Positions 1 to 9,960 of a stretch of 64,000 nucleotides of DNA are shown here, one piece after another. The first letter of the stretch is position 1; the number at the start of each line of letters is the position of its first letter. Origin of the DNA: Methanocaldococcus sp. 28A (GTDB lineage Archaea > AGJL01 > Methanococci > Methanococcales > Methanocaldococcaceae); the NCBI GenBank assembly GCA_049852185.1, contig CP187540.1. The stretch is one strand, 5' to 3'. The position numbers and the translations under genes were made by a program. The notes beneath the pieces were generated by a model. It made no database searches. It worked only from the letters and a program-made list of their open reading frames with translations, and had not been told where the DNA came from.

Positions 1-605
1 AAGGGACAATAACTCAAATTTATGGACCACCAGGAGTAGGTAAGACAAATATATGCATTATAAACTCTATAAATGCTGTTAAATTTGGGAAAGTAATTTA
101 TATTGATACTGAAGGAGGCCTATCAATAGAGAGGATTAAACAAATTGCTCCAGATAACTATCAAAAAGTTTTAGAAAATATGATAATCTATGAAGTCTTT
201 GATTTCTATGAGCAAGATAAAGTTATACAAAAAGAGCTTCCATTAATTGCCAATAATGCAAGTTTAATTGTGGTTGATAACATCACTTCTTTATATAGGT
301 TAGAGTTGGGCGATGAAGCTAACAAAAATATCATGCTCAATAAAATGCTTGGCAATCAAGTAAAAACTTTATTAAAATTGGCTAAGACAAATAACTTGGC
401 TGTCATAATAACTAATCAAGTAAGGGAGACTGTTAATGGCTTTGAGGCTTCTGGAGGAAGATTGTTGGAGTATTGGAGTAAATGTATTGTTAGATTGGAA
501 AAACTCAATGGAGATAGATTGGCTATATTAGAAAAACATCTACATGCTAGAGAAGAAAGAGTTAAATTTAGAATAGTTGAAAGGGGAATTGAGATTATTG
601 ATTAA
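1..605 (+). CDS. radB: DNA repair protein RadB (5'-truncated by window)
   Basis: Frame is open from nt 3: GTITQIYGPPGVGKTN (Walker A), YIDTEGG, LIVVDNIT, ITNQV, and the RadB motif LEKHLH. Confidence 0.92.
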   Translation, partial: GTITQIYGPPGVGKTNICIINSINAVKFGKVIYIDTEGGLSIERIKQIAPDNYQKVLENMIIYEVFDFYEQDKVIQKELPLIANNASLIVVDNITSLYRLELGDEANKNIMLNKMLGNQVKTLLKLAKTNNLAVIITNQVRETVNGFEASGGRLLEYWSKCIVRLEKLNGDRLAILEKHLHAREERVKFRIVERGIEIID

Positions 606-646
606 TATATAAAATTATAAATATATATTTTTAAGTATTTTCAATC

Positions 647-836
647 GGACTTTCGCAATAATATATAAATCTTACTTAACTGCCGTTTGAAAGTGATATA
701 TACACTTTTATCGACAGTTAAAAGAGGAGTGTATCTAAAATCGAGTAAGATTTATAAGCTCTCTTATACACACCTGAAAAATACATCATTGCTATAGGTA
801 TCATATTTTTATTAATTATATAAAGTGCGAAAGTCC
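647..836. mobile_element. MITE family B (TIR GGACTTTCGCA...TGCGAAAGTCC) with nested palindromes and an IS-end relic
   Basis: 11-bp perfect terminal inverted repeats; the same TIR recurs at 18742, 21652, 24580, 24763, 36326, 47772 and 57400. Confidence 0.75.
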
Positions 837-839
837 TAT

Positions 840-904
840 CGAAAATAAATAATATGAAGGTGATTTAATGAATTATCATTACAAAATAATTTCAGGATAT
901 CACA
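840..904 (+). mobile_element. Relic of the right end of an IS481-like element
   Basis: TAATATGAAGGTGATTT...AAATAATTTCAGGATATCACA resembles 57872-57928. Confidence 0.6.
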
Positions 905-934
905 ATATTTCTCAATTTTTAAAAATGTGATAAT

Positions 935-1342
935 ATGAATATAAAAGCAGTAGTTGAATTCATAAAAAACTTTTCTAATTCAAAAAATTGCAAAAAAATA
1001 GCTGAAGTTGGAGTTGGATTTAAATTTGATATTGCAAAAGAGTTAAATAAATATTTTGATTTAATGGTTATTGATATCAATGAAAAAGCTGTTGAAAAAG
1101 CTAAATTTTTTGGATTGAAAGCCTATAAAGATAATTTATTTAATCCAAATATAAATTTATATAAAGATGTTAATTTAATATATTCTATAAGACCTCCACG
1201 AGATTTACAACCATATATTTTACTTTTATCAAAAGAGATTAATGCTAATTTAATTATAAGACCTCTTTTAAATGAAATGCCTATAAAAGAGCTGAAACTA
1301 AAAAACTATAAAGGAGAAGTGTTTTATATAAAAGAGATTTAA
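935..1342 (+). CDS. UPF0146 family protein
   Basis: KIAEVGVGF and LIYSIRPP motifs. Confidence 0.85.
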   Translation: MNIKAVVEFIKNFSNSKNCKKIAEVGVGFKFDIAKELNKYFDLMVIDINEKAVEKAKFFGLKAYKDNLFNPNINLYKDVNLIYSIRPPRDLQPYILLLSKEINANLIIRPLLNEMPIKELKLKNYKGEVFYIKEI

Positions 1343-1498
1343 TTAAGCTTTCAATTTCTTTCTTCTCCAGTATCTCATTTTTGGATGGAATCTAACTCTT
1401 CCTCTTGTTTTAACAATAACAAACAATGGAACTCTTCTATTCTGCTTCAATGCTTTAGCCAATCTCAACTTCTTTCCTAATGGCTTGTTACTCCCCAT
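1343..1498 (-). CDS. rpl39e: 50S ribosomal protein L39e (not in ORF track)
   Basis: Manual translation, 51 aa: [51 protein letters not shown]; GGTGA RBS. Confidence 0.97.
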   Translation of the reverse strand: MGSNKPLGKKLRLAKALKQNRRVPLFVIVKTRGRVRFHPKMRYWRRKKLKA

Positions 1499-1507
1499 TT
1501 TTCTCAC

Positions 1508-2110
1508 CTAAATTTTCTTTTTTAATCCAACTACTCTTGTTTGTTTATGTTCAGGGAAATATTTTCCAGGGTTTTCTCCTCTCTCCTTCAATATATATCT
1601 AATTTCAGCCTCGTAGTCAGAGCTTAACTTAGTTCCACTTTTTATCTCTTCTAATATAAAAAATTCACTTGCTAAATGTCTTAGTGTTTTATAACCAAAA
1701 CCCATTAATGGGGTTATATATTGAATATTTTTCCTCATCTCTAAGCTCTGAATCTCTGAATACCTAAGTTTAGGAACTTTATCATCTCTTCGTGTCCCAT
1801 CCGCTAAAATGTTGTATTTATCAGCTAAAATTTCTAAGACAGTTTTATGAATATATTGTATAGCTGGAGCAGGATATTTATTCTCTATAATCATATCAGC
1901 AGCTTTTTCAACAATTTTTCTATCGAGAGTTATGACTTTATGCTTAAATCCTAAAATCTTAGCGGTCTCTTCAGCTAATTTATAAGAAGGAATAACATCA
2001 AAATTTATGGTTATTAAATGAGGATTATAACCGAGTTTTTTTAATATAATCGCTGAGAGGGAACTATCTTTCCCTCCACTAAAGAGAACATGAACATCCA
2101 TAAGTTTCAC
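1508..2110 (-). CDS. PP-loop (AANH-like) ATPase family protein
   Basis: LFSGGKDSS PP-loop; lies in the conserved rps19e-PDCD5-L39e operon. Confidence 0.85.
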   Translation of the reverse strand: MKLMDVHVLFSGGKDSSLSAIILKKLGYNPHLITINFDVIPSYKLAEETAKILGFKHKVITLDRKIVEKAADMIIENKYPAPAIQYIHKTVLEILADKYNILADGTRRDDKVPKLRYSEIQSLEMRKNIQYITPLMGFGYKTLRHLASEFFILEEIKSGTKLSSDYEAEIRYILKERGENPGKYFPEHKQTRVVGLKKKI

Positions 2111-2436
2111 TTTCTAATGATTTTAATATCTCTCTTTCTCTTTGTCATAGCACTTAATCTCTCAAGTAAAGCTTTAAAGTCCTCATCTTTTAATGGAATA
2201 GGCAATCTACCAAGTTGAGCTAATTGAATCAGTTGCATTTCAACAGCTTCAGCAAATTCTGGTCTCGCTAATCTTATTCGCTCCAACCTCTCTCTTGCTT
2301 CAGGAGCTAATATCTTTCTTAATAATGCTCTTTTTTGCATTTCAGCTTCTAATAATGCCTCTTCTTGCTGTTGTTGTTCAGCAAGCTTTTTTTGCAATTC
2401 AAGAAGTTTTCTTCTTTTAATTTCTTCAATATCCAT
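2107..2436 (-). CDS. PDCD5-like DNA-binding protein
   Basis: EARERLERIRLARPEFAEAVE motif. Confidence 0.93.
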   Translation of the reverse strand: MDIEEIKRRKLLELQKKLAEQQQQEEALLEAEMQKRALLRKILAPEARERLERIRLARPEFAEAVEMQLIQLAQLGRLPIPLKDEDFKALLERLSAMTKRKRDIKIIRK

Positions 2437-2447
2437 TTTGCATCCCC

Positions 2448-2894
2448 TTAGTATTTAGCAAGAGCAGGGATTTCATTGATTATTTCATCCCTAACCTCTT
2501 TAGCAATGTTGTCTAAGAAACTTCTACCTTTTGGTGTAATAACTCTACCTTCTGGTGTCTTTTCAACAAATCCTAATTTTTCTAATTCTTGTAAAGCTTT
2601 TCTAATGATATTTCCACTACCTTTGTAGAAGTGCTCAGGTGCATGGCCTCTATTTTTTCTTCCTCCGTAAGCAGTTCTTAATCTTGAAACTCCAACTGGG
2701 CCGTAAATATAGATTTTTCTTAAAATTGATGCACACCTTATATACCACCAGTCATCTTGCTCAGGCCTTCTCTCTCTACTCATACCTGTCTTAACAAAAG
2801 GGACCCACTCTGGAACTCCAATATCCATCTCTTTTAATTTTTCAGCTGTCTTCTGAATTAACTTATCAGCTGGAACATCATAGACAGTTACCAT
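2448..2894 (-). CDS. rps19e: 30S ribosomal protein S19e
   Basis: [24 protein letters not shown] and [14 protein letters not shown] motifs. Confidence 0.98.
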   Translation of the reverse strand: MVTVYDVPADKLIQKTAEKLKEMDIGVPEWVPFVKTGMSRERRPEQDDWWYIRCASILRKIYIYGPVGVSRLRTAYGGRKNRGHAPEHFYKGSGNIIRKALQELEKLGFVEKTPEGRVITPKGRSFLDNIAKEVRDEIINEIPALAKY

Positions 2895-3203
2895 TTTTGC
2901 ACCTCTCTTAAATATTTTAATTTATTTTTGATATTCTCTGAATTCTTTATTTTGTGGTTAAGATTTAGATTTTTGTTAGTATAAAACATCAAACTTTTTC
3001 ACTTATATATTTTTAACTCTAAAAATTTTATCTTTGCAAAAGTTTTATTAAACCAATAAAACAAGCTTAGTATTAATTTGATTAGGTTATATTTATATCT
3101 TATTATTGATAGACACCTTTACGTCTAAAATTTAACTTTATTAAAAAAGAGAACCTAAGCCTCATATAAGACAATATAAAAAATGAATTCAAAAAGTTTC
3201 AAA

Positions 3204-3278
3204 TGGAGCCGGGGGTGGGATTTGAACCCACGTAAGGCGGATCTGCAGTCCGCTGCCTAGCCCCTAGACTACCCCGGC
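3204..3278 (-). tRNA. tRNA-Cys (GCA), CCA encoded
   Basis: GCCGGGG acceptor stem, anticodon arm GCGGA-CTGCAGA-TCCGC, T-loop GGTTCAAATCC, 3' TCCA. Confidence 0.97.
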
Positions 3279-3343
3279 TCTCCAAACCTATGAGTTGCAT
3301 ACATAAACTATATAGAGGTAGTATATAAATTTTATGGTTTATA

Positions 3344-4176
3344 AGTGTGTCTAAAATAGTACTTACATACGATACCTCAGCAACATGATTAAAGAATATA
3401 TACAAACCCAGATAACGATTCGAGTAATAGAAGTCGAAGTTAAGAAAGTATTCAATTTATCTCCGAATCTGTTGGTTAAAGCTCCGAAGAAACCCTTGCA
3501 TATTCCTCTTTTATTATATTCTTTTTTATCGAAGATTTTATCCCTAATTTTAGCACCATAGCTCTTACTACCTCTTTTTGTTTTCTTTATTATTGGCTTG
3601 TAGTTGAATTTAACTATTTTATTTAGAGTATCCTTGTCATCGTATTATTATAAAAATATCCCTCTCCATAAGCAAACTCTAAGTCCGATTTATCTAATCC
3701 TATAGATATTGGAAATAATGTTTTATTTTCTGAATCGTAACGAGTTATAGCATGTATTTTTATCAACTCTCCTGCTTTATTCGAAAACTTTGTTGAGTCG
3801 ATAAATGTCTTCTCATAATCGAGACTTCATAATTTCCTAAGAATTTGATTTATTATCGATATTCTTTTCCCAGTAATGGATTACTGAATGGTCAATTCTA
3901 ACTCCAAAAAACATCTCTGTCAATTTTTCCATCGCTCTTAACGATACCCCTAAAAACCCCTTAACAACAGAACTTTAAGTAATTGTTCGATAGAATATTT
4001 TCTTGGCTTTAATTCCTTAAGTAATATCTCCTATCACGTCATCAAAAACTTCTAATATCTCGTTTATATTATCTATCTTAGAGTTCCATCTTTTCGTTAC
4101 CATATTTTTTTATTTTGTAGTTATATTGATATAAATATATATAAATATATAAATATTACTCGATTTTAGACACACT
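3344..4176 (-). mobile_element. Degenerate IS element (IS5/IS4-like DDE transposase pseudogene)
   Basis: 14-bp perfect TIRs AGTGTGTCTAAAAT/ATTTTAGACACACT; broken reading frame with FIDSTKF...IKIHAI and YNKRGICKGFFGAL fragments. Confidence 0.72.
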
Positions 4177-4191
4177 CCATTATACCGTAAA

Positions 4192-4224
4192 TTATATATA
4201 TATGGAAGTAGGAAACTTACTTCC
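4192..4224 (+). promoter_or_regulatory. glnA promoter TATA box and NrpR operator
   Basis: TTATATATA followed by GGAA-ACTTAC-TTCC (4211-4224), the GGAA-N6-TTCC nitrogen operator of Methanococcales. Confidence 0.85.
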
Positions 4225-4253
4225 AGAATTATTCAATCAAATTACATTGGGGG

Positions 4254-5606
4254 ATGGAAATGAACGTTGAACAAGCAATAGAATACGTAAAAAAGAACAA
4301 TGTTAAGTTCATAAGATTTCAGTTTGTTGACATATTAGGATTCCCAAAGAACGTTGCATATCCTGTTAAAGCTGGAGAAAAGGGAATTGATGAATTAAGA
4401 GATATTTTTGAAAATGGAGTTTGGTTTGATGGTTCATCAATTACTGGTTTTGTAGGTATTGAAGAATCAGATATGTTATTAAAACCAGACTTATCAACAC
4501 TCTCTGTTTTACCATGGAGACCAGAAGAGAAAAGCGTTGCAAGAGTTATCTGTGATGTTTACAAAGATGAGAAAACACCATTTGAAGGAGACCCAAGAAG
4601 CAGATTAAGAGCTATTTTAAATGAGTTAAAAGAAGAAATGAATGGAGAGTTTTTCGTTGGTCCAGAGCCAGAGTTCTTTTTGTTAAAGAGAGACCCACAC
4701 AACCCACACAGATGGATTCCTGCAGATGATGGTGGCTACTTCGATGTTGAGCCATTAGATGACGCTCCGGACATTAGAAGAGATATTGTTTTAGCTTTAG
4801 AAAACTTAGGATTCCATGTTGAAGCATCCCACCACGAAGTAGCTCCAGGACAGCATGAAGTTGATTTCAAATTCGACAACGCTTTAAAAACTGCTGACAG
4901 TGTTGTAACCTTCAAGATGACAATTAAAAACATTGCTAAGAAACATGGCTTAAGAGCTACATTCATGCCAAAACCATTCTTTGGAATGAACGGAAACGGA
5001 ATGCACTGCCACCAGAGTGTTTGGTTTAATGGGGAACCATCATTCTACGACCCAGAAGGGCCATACAATGGATTAAGTGAAACATGTTTAAGCTACATTG
5101 CTGGTATTTTAAGCCACGCTAAGGCATTAGTTGCTGTAACAAACCCAACCGTCAACTCATACAAGAGATTAGTTCCTGGTTATGAAGCTCCAGTAAACAT
5201 TGCGTGGGCTAACAAGAATAGAAGTGCTATCATCAGAGTTCCAGCAGCAAGAGGAAAAGCTACAAGAATCGAGTTTAGAGCCCCAGACCCAACATGCAAC
5301 CCATACTTAGCATTCGCATGTATGTTAGCAGCTGGATTAGATGGAATTAAGAAGAAAATGGAAGCTCCAGAACCTGTTGAAAGAAACATCTTTAGAATGT
5401 CAGAAGAAGAGAAGAAGCAGTTAGGAATTGAGTCAGTTCCTGCAAACTTGGCTGCTGCATTAGACGAGTTAGAATGTGATGAAGTCTTGCAAAAAGCTTT
5501 AGGTAAGCACATCTACGAAAATTACATGGAGATTAAGAGAGCTGAATGGGATGATTTCAGAATATCAGTTACAGACTGGGAGTTAGGCAAATACTTAGTC
5601 TACTAA
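4254..5606 (+). CDS. glnA: Glutamine synthetase type I
   Basis: FDGSSI, HHEVAPGQHE, FMPKP, NSYKRLVPGYEAP and RIEFRAPD motifs. Confidence 0.98.
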   Translation: MEMNVEQAIEYVKKNNVKFIRFQFVDILGFPKNVAYPVKAGEKGIDELRDIFENGVWFDGSSITGFVGIEESDMLLKPDLSTLSVLPWRPEEKSVARVICDVYKDEKTPFEGDPRSRLRAILNELKEEMNGEFFVGPEPEFFLLKRDPHNPHRWIPADDGGYFDVEPLDDAPDIRRDIVLALENLGFHVEASHHEVAPGQHEVDFKFDNALKTADSVVTFKMTIKNIAKKHGLRATFMPKPFFGMNGNGMHCHQSVWFNGEPSFYDPEGPYNGLSETCLSYIAGILSHAKALVAVTNPTVNSYKRLVPGYEAPVNIAWANKNRSAIIRVPAARGKATRIEFRAPDPTCNPYLAFACMLAAGLDGIKKKMEAPEPVERNIFRMSEEEKKQLGIESVPANLAAALDELECDEVLQKALGKHIYENYMEIKRAEWDDFRISVTDWELGKYLVY

Positions 5607-5690
5607 ATTCCTAAATTCCCAACTCTATCTTTTTTTATTCAAACAAAATTTTAAAAATTTCAATTATTCAATCTAAAAAAGGATGAGATT

Positions 5691-6389
5691 ATGAAAGCGA
5701 TAACTGTTTTAAGTGGGGGATTAGATTCTACAGTAGCTACATTGATAGCTAAAGATTTAGGTTATGAGATTACGGCAATAACTTTCAATTATGGGCAGAG
5801 AGCTGTTAAAAGAGAGATTAATTCAGCAAAAAAAATTTGTGAGATTTTAGGTATTGAGCATATTGTTGTTGATTTACCTTTTATTAAGCAGTTTAAAAAA
5901 AGCTCTTTAATAACTGAAAAAGAAATTCCTTCACTAAAAATAGAAGAGTTAGATAGTAAAAAAGCTTATGAAACAATGAAAGCTGTATGGGTTCCAGCAA
6001 GGAATTTAATAATGTTTAGTATAGCAAGTGGTTTTGCTGAGGCATTTGATGCAGAAAAAGTATTTATTGGAATAAATAAAGAGGAAGGAGTTACTTTCCC
6101 AGACAACACAATAGAATTTGTTGAGTCATTAAACAAAGCCTTAGAATATGGAACACTAAATAAGGTTAAAATAGAGGCTCCTTTATATGATAAAACAAAA
6201 GAGGAAATTGTTAAAATTGGTCATGAGATAGAGAAAAAGCTTGGCGTAGAGGTTTTGAAGTATAGCTATTCATGTTATAGAGATAATGGAGAGGACTTTT
6301 TACATTGTGGGAAGTGTGAAAGTTGTATGAGAAGGAAAAGAGCTTTTTTAATGGCAGGAGTTGAAGATAAAACAAAATATATTGAATGA
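5691..6389 (+). CDS. queC: 7-cyano-7-deazaguanine synthase
   Basis: SGGLDS, VPARNLI and SCY...HCGKCESC motifs. Confidence 0.95.
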   Translation: MKAITVLSGGLDSTVATLIAKDLGYEITAITFNYGQRAVKREINSAKKICEILGIEHIVVDLPFIKQFKKSSLITEKEIPSLKIEELDSKKAYETMKAVWVPARNLIMFSIASGFAEAFDAEKVFIGINKEEGVTFPDNTIEFVESLNKALEYGTLNKVKIEAPLYDKTKEEIVKIGHEIEKKLGVEVLKYSYSCYRDNGEDFLHCGKCESCMRRKRAFLMAGVEDKTKYIE

Positions 6390-6403
6390 ATTATTAATTT
6401 TTA

Positions 6404-7480
6404 TTATTCACCTCTTTTTTTCTTTAATTCTACAAGTTTTTTAACTGCATCTAAATTAACATTCTCGTCGTAGGTTATATAACCGTTATAAACTGCTCTC
6501 TTAAAGAACCCTTCTCCCCATTTGTTTCTTATTAAGACAGTTGAATATCCCTCTTCACTACCTACATTACCCACAGAAATATCTGATGTCAAGCCAGTAA
6601 AATCTTTACAAACCTTACATCCCTCTCTCATTGCAAATTCAACATCTTTCAGTTTATATTCGACAACTTCCCCATTAACTAATGTAACCTTCAATTTTCC
6701 TGATTCAATATCCATCTTTTTAATTTCCCATGGTTCTATTCCATCTGTTTTAAGCTTTTTAATCATCTTACTGTAATCATAAGTTTCAAAACAGAATAAA
6801 GCAATTTTTAACCTTATAGCTTCCCTAAATGGCTTTAATAAATCATTATCTGATGATAGTATTTGATAAATTGCATTTATTACACATGGTGTTCCTACAA
6901 CAGCCAATTTTTTTAATTTCTTATCCATAACTGCTGTTTTTAATGCTTTTAATATTGGCCCCTTCCATAGATATTTACTTCCAGCTGCTTTAATAACATC
7001 TTCTTTTGATAATGCTAAGTATGACTCTGGCTCTAATGTCCATTTATCATCAATCATTACAATAGCTCCATCAATTAATCCTTCATCAAATGCATTAGCT
7101 AATATAGCTGTTACAACTCCTCCATTTTGTGCATTTTTTATTTCTATGGATGCCTTTGCCTTTACAGCTTTTAATATATTTCCTAAATCTGTTGGTTTAG
7201 GAACTGATGATTTTTTTATTCTTGGACACGCATCGTAGCAGGCTCCACAAGGGACATCATAAACTACAGTTTTACAAAACTCTGCTGAAATTGGATGCTC
7301 AACAATATCTGCCGGGACTATTATGCAAGAGCATTCATCACATTCAAACTTTACTGGACTTTCCTCTCTAAAATATAGATTATTTACTGGACAGACAGCT
7401 ACACAAGCTCCACAACCGCTACATATATTTGTATCCCAGACTTCCTCTTTTAAATTTTTATATGATTTCATTAATCTCAC
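6404..7480 (-). CDS. FrhB-like (coenzyme F420-binding) Fe-S protein in the glutamate synthase cluster
   Basis: CSGCGACVAVCP, QNGGVVTAIL, VVGTPC, LFCFE and DISVGNVGS motifs. Confidence 0.88.
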   Translation of the reverse strand: MRLMKSYKNLKEEVWDTNICSGCGACVAVCPVNNLYFREESPVKFECDECSCIIVPADIVEHPISAEFCKTVVYDVPCGACYDACPRIKKSSVPKPTDLGNILKAVKAKASIEIKNAQNGGVVTAILANAFDEGLIDGAIVMIDDKWTLEPESYLALSKEDVIKAAGSKYLWKGPILKALKTAVMDKKLKKLAVVGTPCVINAIYQILSSDNDLLKPFREAIRLKIALFCFETYDYSKMIKKLKTDGIEPWEIKKMDIESGKLKVTLVNGEVVEYKLKDVEFAMREGCKVCKDFTGLTSDISVGNVGSEEGYSTVLIRNKWGEGFFKRAVYNGYITYDENVNLDAVKKLVELKKKRGE

Positions 7481-7556
7481 CTAAGGCTCATTTTGGTGTT
7501 TCTTCTCCTAATAATTTTAAAAAATTAATAAAAAATTTTGATATATTTACATAAAA

Positions 7557-8342
7557 TTACATTAAGTCAGGAGTATAGAGTTTTCCAAATGGTCTCTTTG
7601 AAATTGGTGCTATTTTTGTCCATTTTGAATTTAACAATTTATTTTTAACATCTTCTGGTAGATTAAACCATTTGCAGAATTCTTCAATATATGGTTTTAT
7701 TTTTTCTAAATCTTCTTGAGTAAATTCTTTTATATCAGCTGCTACACCTAATTGGTCTTTATCTATCTCTCCTCTAATGTAAATAGCTCCTCCATGAATT
7801 CCAGTTCCTATCATTCTTCCCTTAACTTTTCCTAAGTCATTTCCTTTTTCATCAATGTTTAAGACAATTATAATACCTCCAGCCATATATTCTCCTAAGA
7901 AATCCTTAGCTCTTCCACCAATAACAAGAACAGGGACTTTATCTTTATAAGCTTTCATATGTATGCCGCTTCTATAACCAACATCTCCTCTAACAAAAAC
8001 CTTTCCTCCTCTCATTGAATGAGCAGTTACATCTCCACTATTACCATAGATAACTATTGTTCCATCATCCATAGTGTTTCCTGGGGCAAATTCAGCATTT
8101 CCATGAACTATTATTGTAGGACCGCTCATAAACATTCCTAAATCTCCGCCAGGAATTCCGTAAATCTCTATAGTCAAATCCTTCTTCTGTAATCCATTCC
8201 CAATAAATCTTTGCCCTAAAACATTTTTCAATACAATTTTTTTGATATCAGGATTTTCTTTTAAAATTTGGTGTATTTTTTCATTTAACTCCCTATAATG
8301 CATGTCTTTTGCATCTATAACAACCTCTTCCATGTCTTTCAC
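7557..8342 (-). CDS. Glutamate synthase GXGXG-domain subunit
   Basis: GXGXG beta-helix repeats, FLGEYMAGG. Confidence 0.9.
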   Translation of the reverse strand: MKDMEEVVIDAKDMHYRELNEKIHQILKENPDIKKIVLKNVLGQRFIGNGLQKKDLTIEIYGIPGGDLGMFMSGPTIIVHGNAEFAPGNTMDDGTIVIYGNSGDVTAHSMRGGKVFVRGDVGYRSGIHMKAYKDKVPVLVIGGRAKDFLGEYMAGGIIIVLNIDEKGNDLGKVKGRMIGTGIHGGAIYIRGEIDKDQLGVAADIKEFTQEDLEKIKPYIEEFCKWFNLPEDVKNKLLNSKWTKIAPISKRPFGKLYTPDLM

Positions 8343-8364
8343 CTTTTAAAAAATTGAAATATTT

Positions 8365-9897
8365 TTACTCTCCAGCAGCTTTTATTCCTAAAACTTCTAA
8401 CTCCTTCTCATTTAATCCAACTCCTCTCAACCTATCTCTGTTTCCTCTTAAGCTTTCAATTGAGTTAATTCCAGCAGCTCCTAAGAGTTCTTTAATTTCA
8501 TGTGTCCATGCTTTAATTAAGTTAGCAACTCTTTGAGCTCCAACTTCTGGGTCTAATCTCTTAACTAACTCTGGTCTTTGTGTAGCTATTCCCCAAGCAC
8601 ACAATCCAGTGTAACATCTTCCACAAACTCTACATCCAAGAGCAACCATTGCAGCAGTTCCAATATAGACAGCATCTGCTCCTAAAGCTATAGCTTTAAA
8701 TACATCTGCTGAACATCTGATTCCTCCACTTGCTATAATACTAATTTCATTTCTCAATCCTTCCTCCCTCAATCTTTGGTCTACAGCTGCAATAGCCATT
8801 TCTATTGGAATTCCTACATGGTCTCTAAATACCTTTGGAGCAGCTCCAGTCCCTCCCTTATATCCATCAATAACAACTGCATCAGCATCACTTGTTGCTA
8901 TTCCAACAGCTATAGCTGGAGCATTATGGACAGCTGCAATTTTAACAAACACTGGCTTTTTCCATCTTGTTGCTTCTTTTAAACTTCTAACTAATTGAGC
9001 TAAATCCTCAATTGAGTAGATATCATGGTGAGGAGCTGGAGAAATAGCATCAGAACCTTCAGGAATCATTCTTGTTGCAGATATTTCAGCAGTAACTTTC
9101 TCTCCAGGCAAGTGTCCTCCAATTCCTGGCTTAGCCCCTTGTCCTATTTTAATCTCTATTGCTACACCTTTCATTAAATATTCTTCATTAACTCCAAATC
9201 TTCCACTAGCAACTTGTGTAATTATGTGGTCAGCATAAAGATAGAGAGCTTTTGGCAACCCTCCTTCACCAGTTCCCATGAATGTTCCACATTCTTTAAC
9301 TGCTTTAGCAAATGATAAGTGAGCGTTTAAAGATAAAGCCCCATAGGACATGTGAGCAATCATTATTGGTGTATCTAACTTTAAGTTTGGGGCTATTTTT
9401 GTTTTTAACTTAGCTTTTTTAATCTTTTTACCATTAATCTCCTCTTCAACGAATTCAAACTCTAATTGCTTTGGTTTTTTACCAATGTATGTTCTCAATT
9501 CCATTGGCTCTCTTAGAGGGTCGATAGATGGATTTGTAACTTGGCAAGCATCTAAAACAATTTTATCAAAATAGATTGGATGGTCTTTAGCATTAGCCAT
9601 TCCACTCAATAAAATACATCCTGTTTTTGCTTGGTTGTAGATATCAGCTCTTGTGTCTATATCCCATAATGGATGGCTTCTCCAAGATACAGCATTTTCT
9701 TTAATTGTTATAGCATCTCTTGGACACATAGCAACACATCTATGACATGCTCCACATCTATTTGAATAACTAATTATTCTATCTCCGTCTCTTCTATGAA
9801 CTCCCCAAGAACACTCTATTGTACATCTTTCACATAGCATACATTTGTTTGGGTCTACCTCTACCTTATACTTTGGTGGAACATAGCTTGGAATCAT
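8365..9897 (-). CDS. Archaeal glutamate synthase FMN-binding subunit with N-terminal ferredoxin
   Basis: MSYGALS, IKIGQGAKPGIGGHLPGEKV, ISPAPHHDIYSIEDL, CRVCGRC; probable start MIPSYVPP at 9897. Confidence 0.95.
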   Translation of the reverse strand: MIPSYVPPKYKVEVDPNKCMLCERCTIECSWGVHRRDGDRIISYSNRCGACHRCVAMCPRDAITIKENAVSWRSHPLWDIDTRADIYNQAKTGCILLSGMANAKDHPIYFDKIVLDACQVTNPSIDPLREPMELRTYIGKKPKQLEFEFVEEEINGKKIKKAKLKTKIAPNLKLDTPIMIAHMSYGALSLNAHLSFAKAVKECGTFMGTGEGGLPKALYLYADHIITQVASGRFGVNEEYLMKGVAIEIKIGQGAKPGIGGHLPGEKVTAEISATRMIPEGSDAISPAPHHDIYSIEDLAQLVRSLKEATRWKKPVFVKIAAVHNAPAIAVGIATSDADAVVIDGYKGGTGAAPKVFRDHVGIPIEMAIAAVDQRLREEGLRNEISIIASGGIRCSADVFKAIALGADAVYIGTAAMVALGCRVCGRCYTGLCAWGIATQRPELVKRLDPEVGAQRVANLIKAWTHEIKELLGAAGINSIESLRGNRDRLRGVGLNEKELEVLGIKAAGE

Positions 9898-9960
9898 GTT
9901 TTCACATCCGTATTTTTTTGATATTATTTGTATTTGTTTTATTATTATGTTGAGCATATA

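Noticed and set aside
3199-3405. 68-aa ORF on the minus strand
   Set aside because: It overlaps tRNA-Cys and the IS end; spurious.
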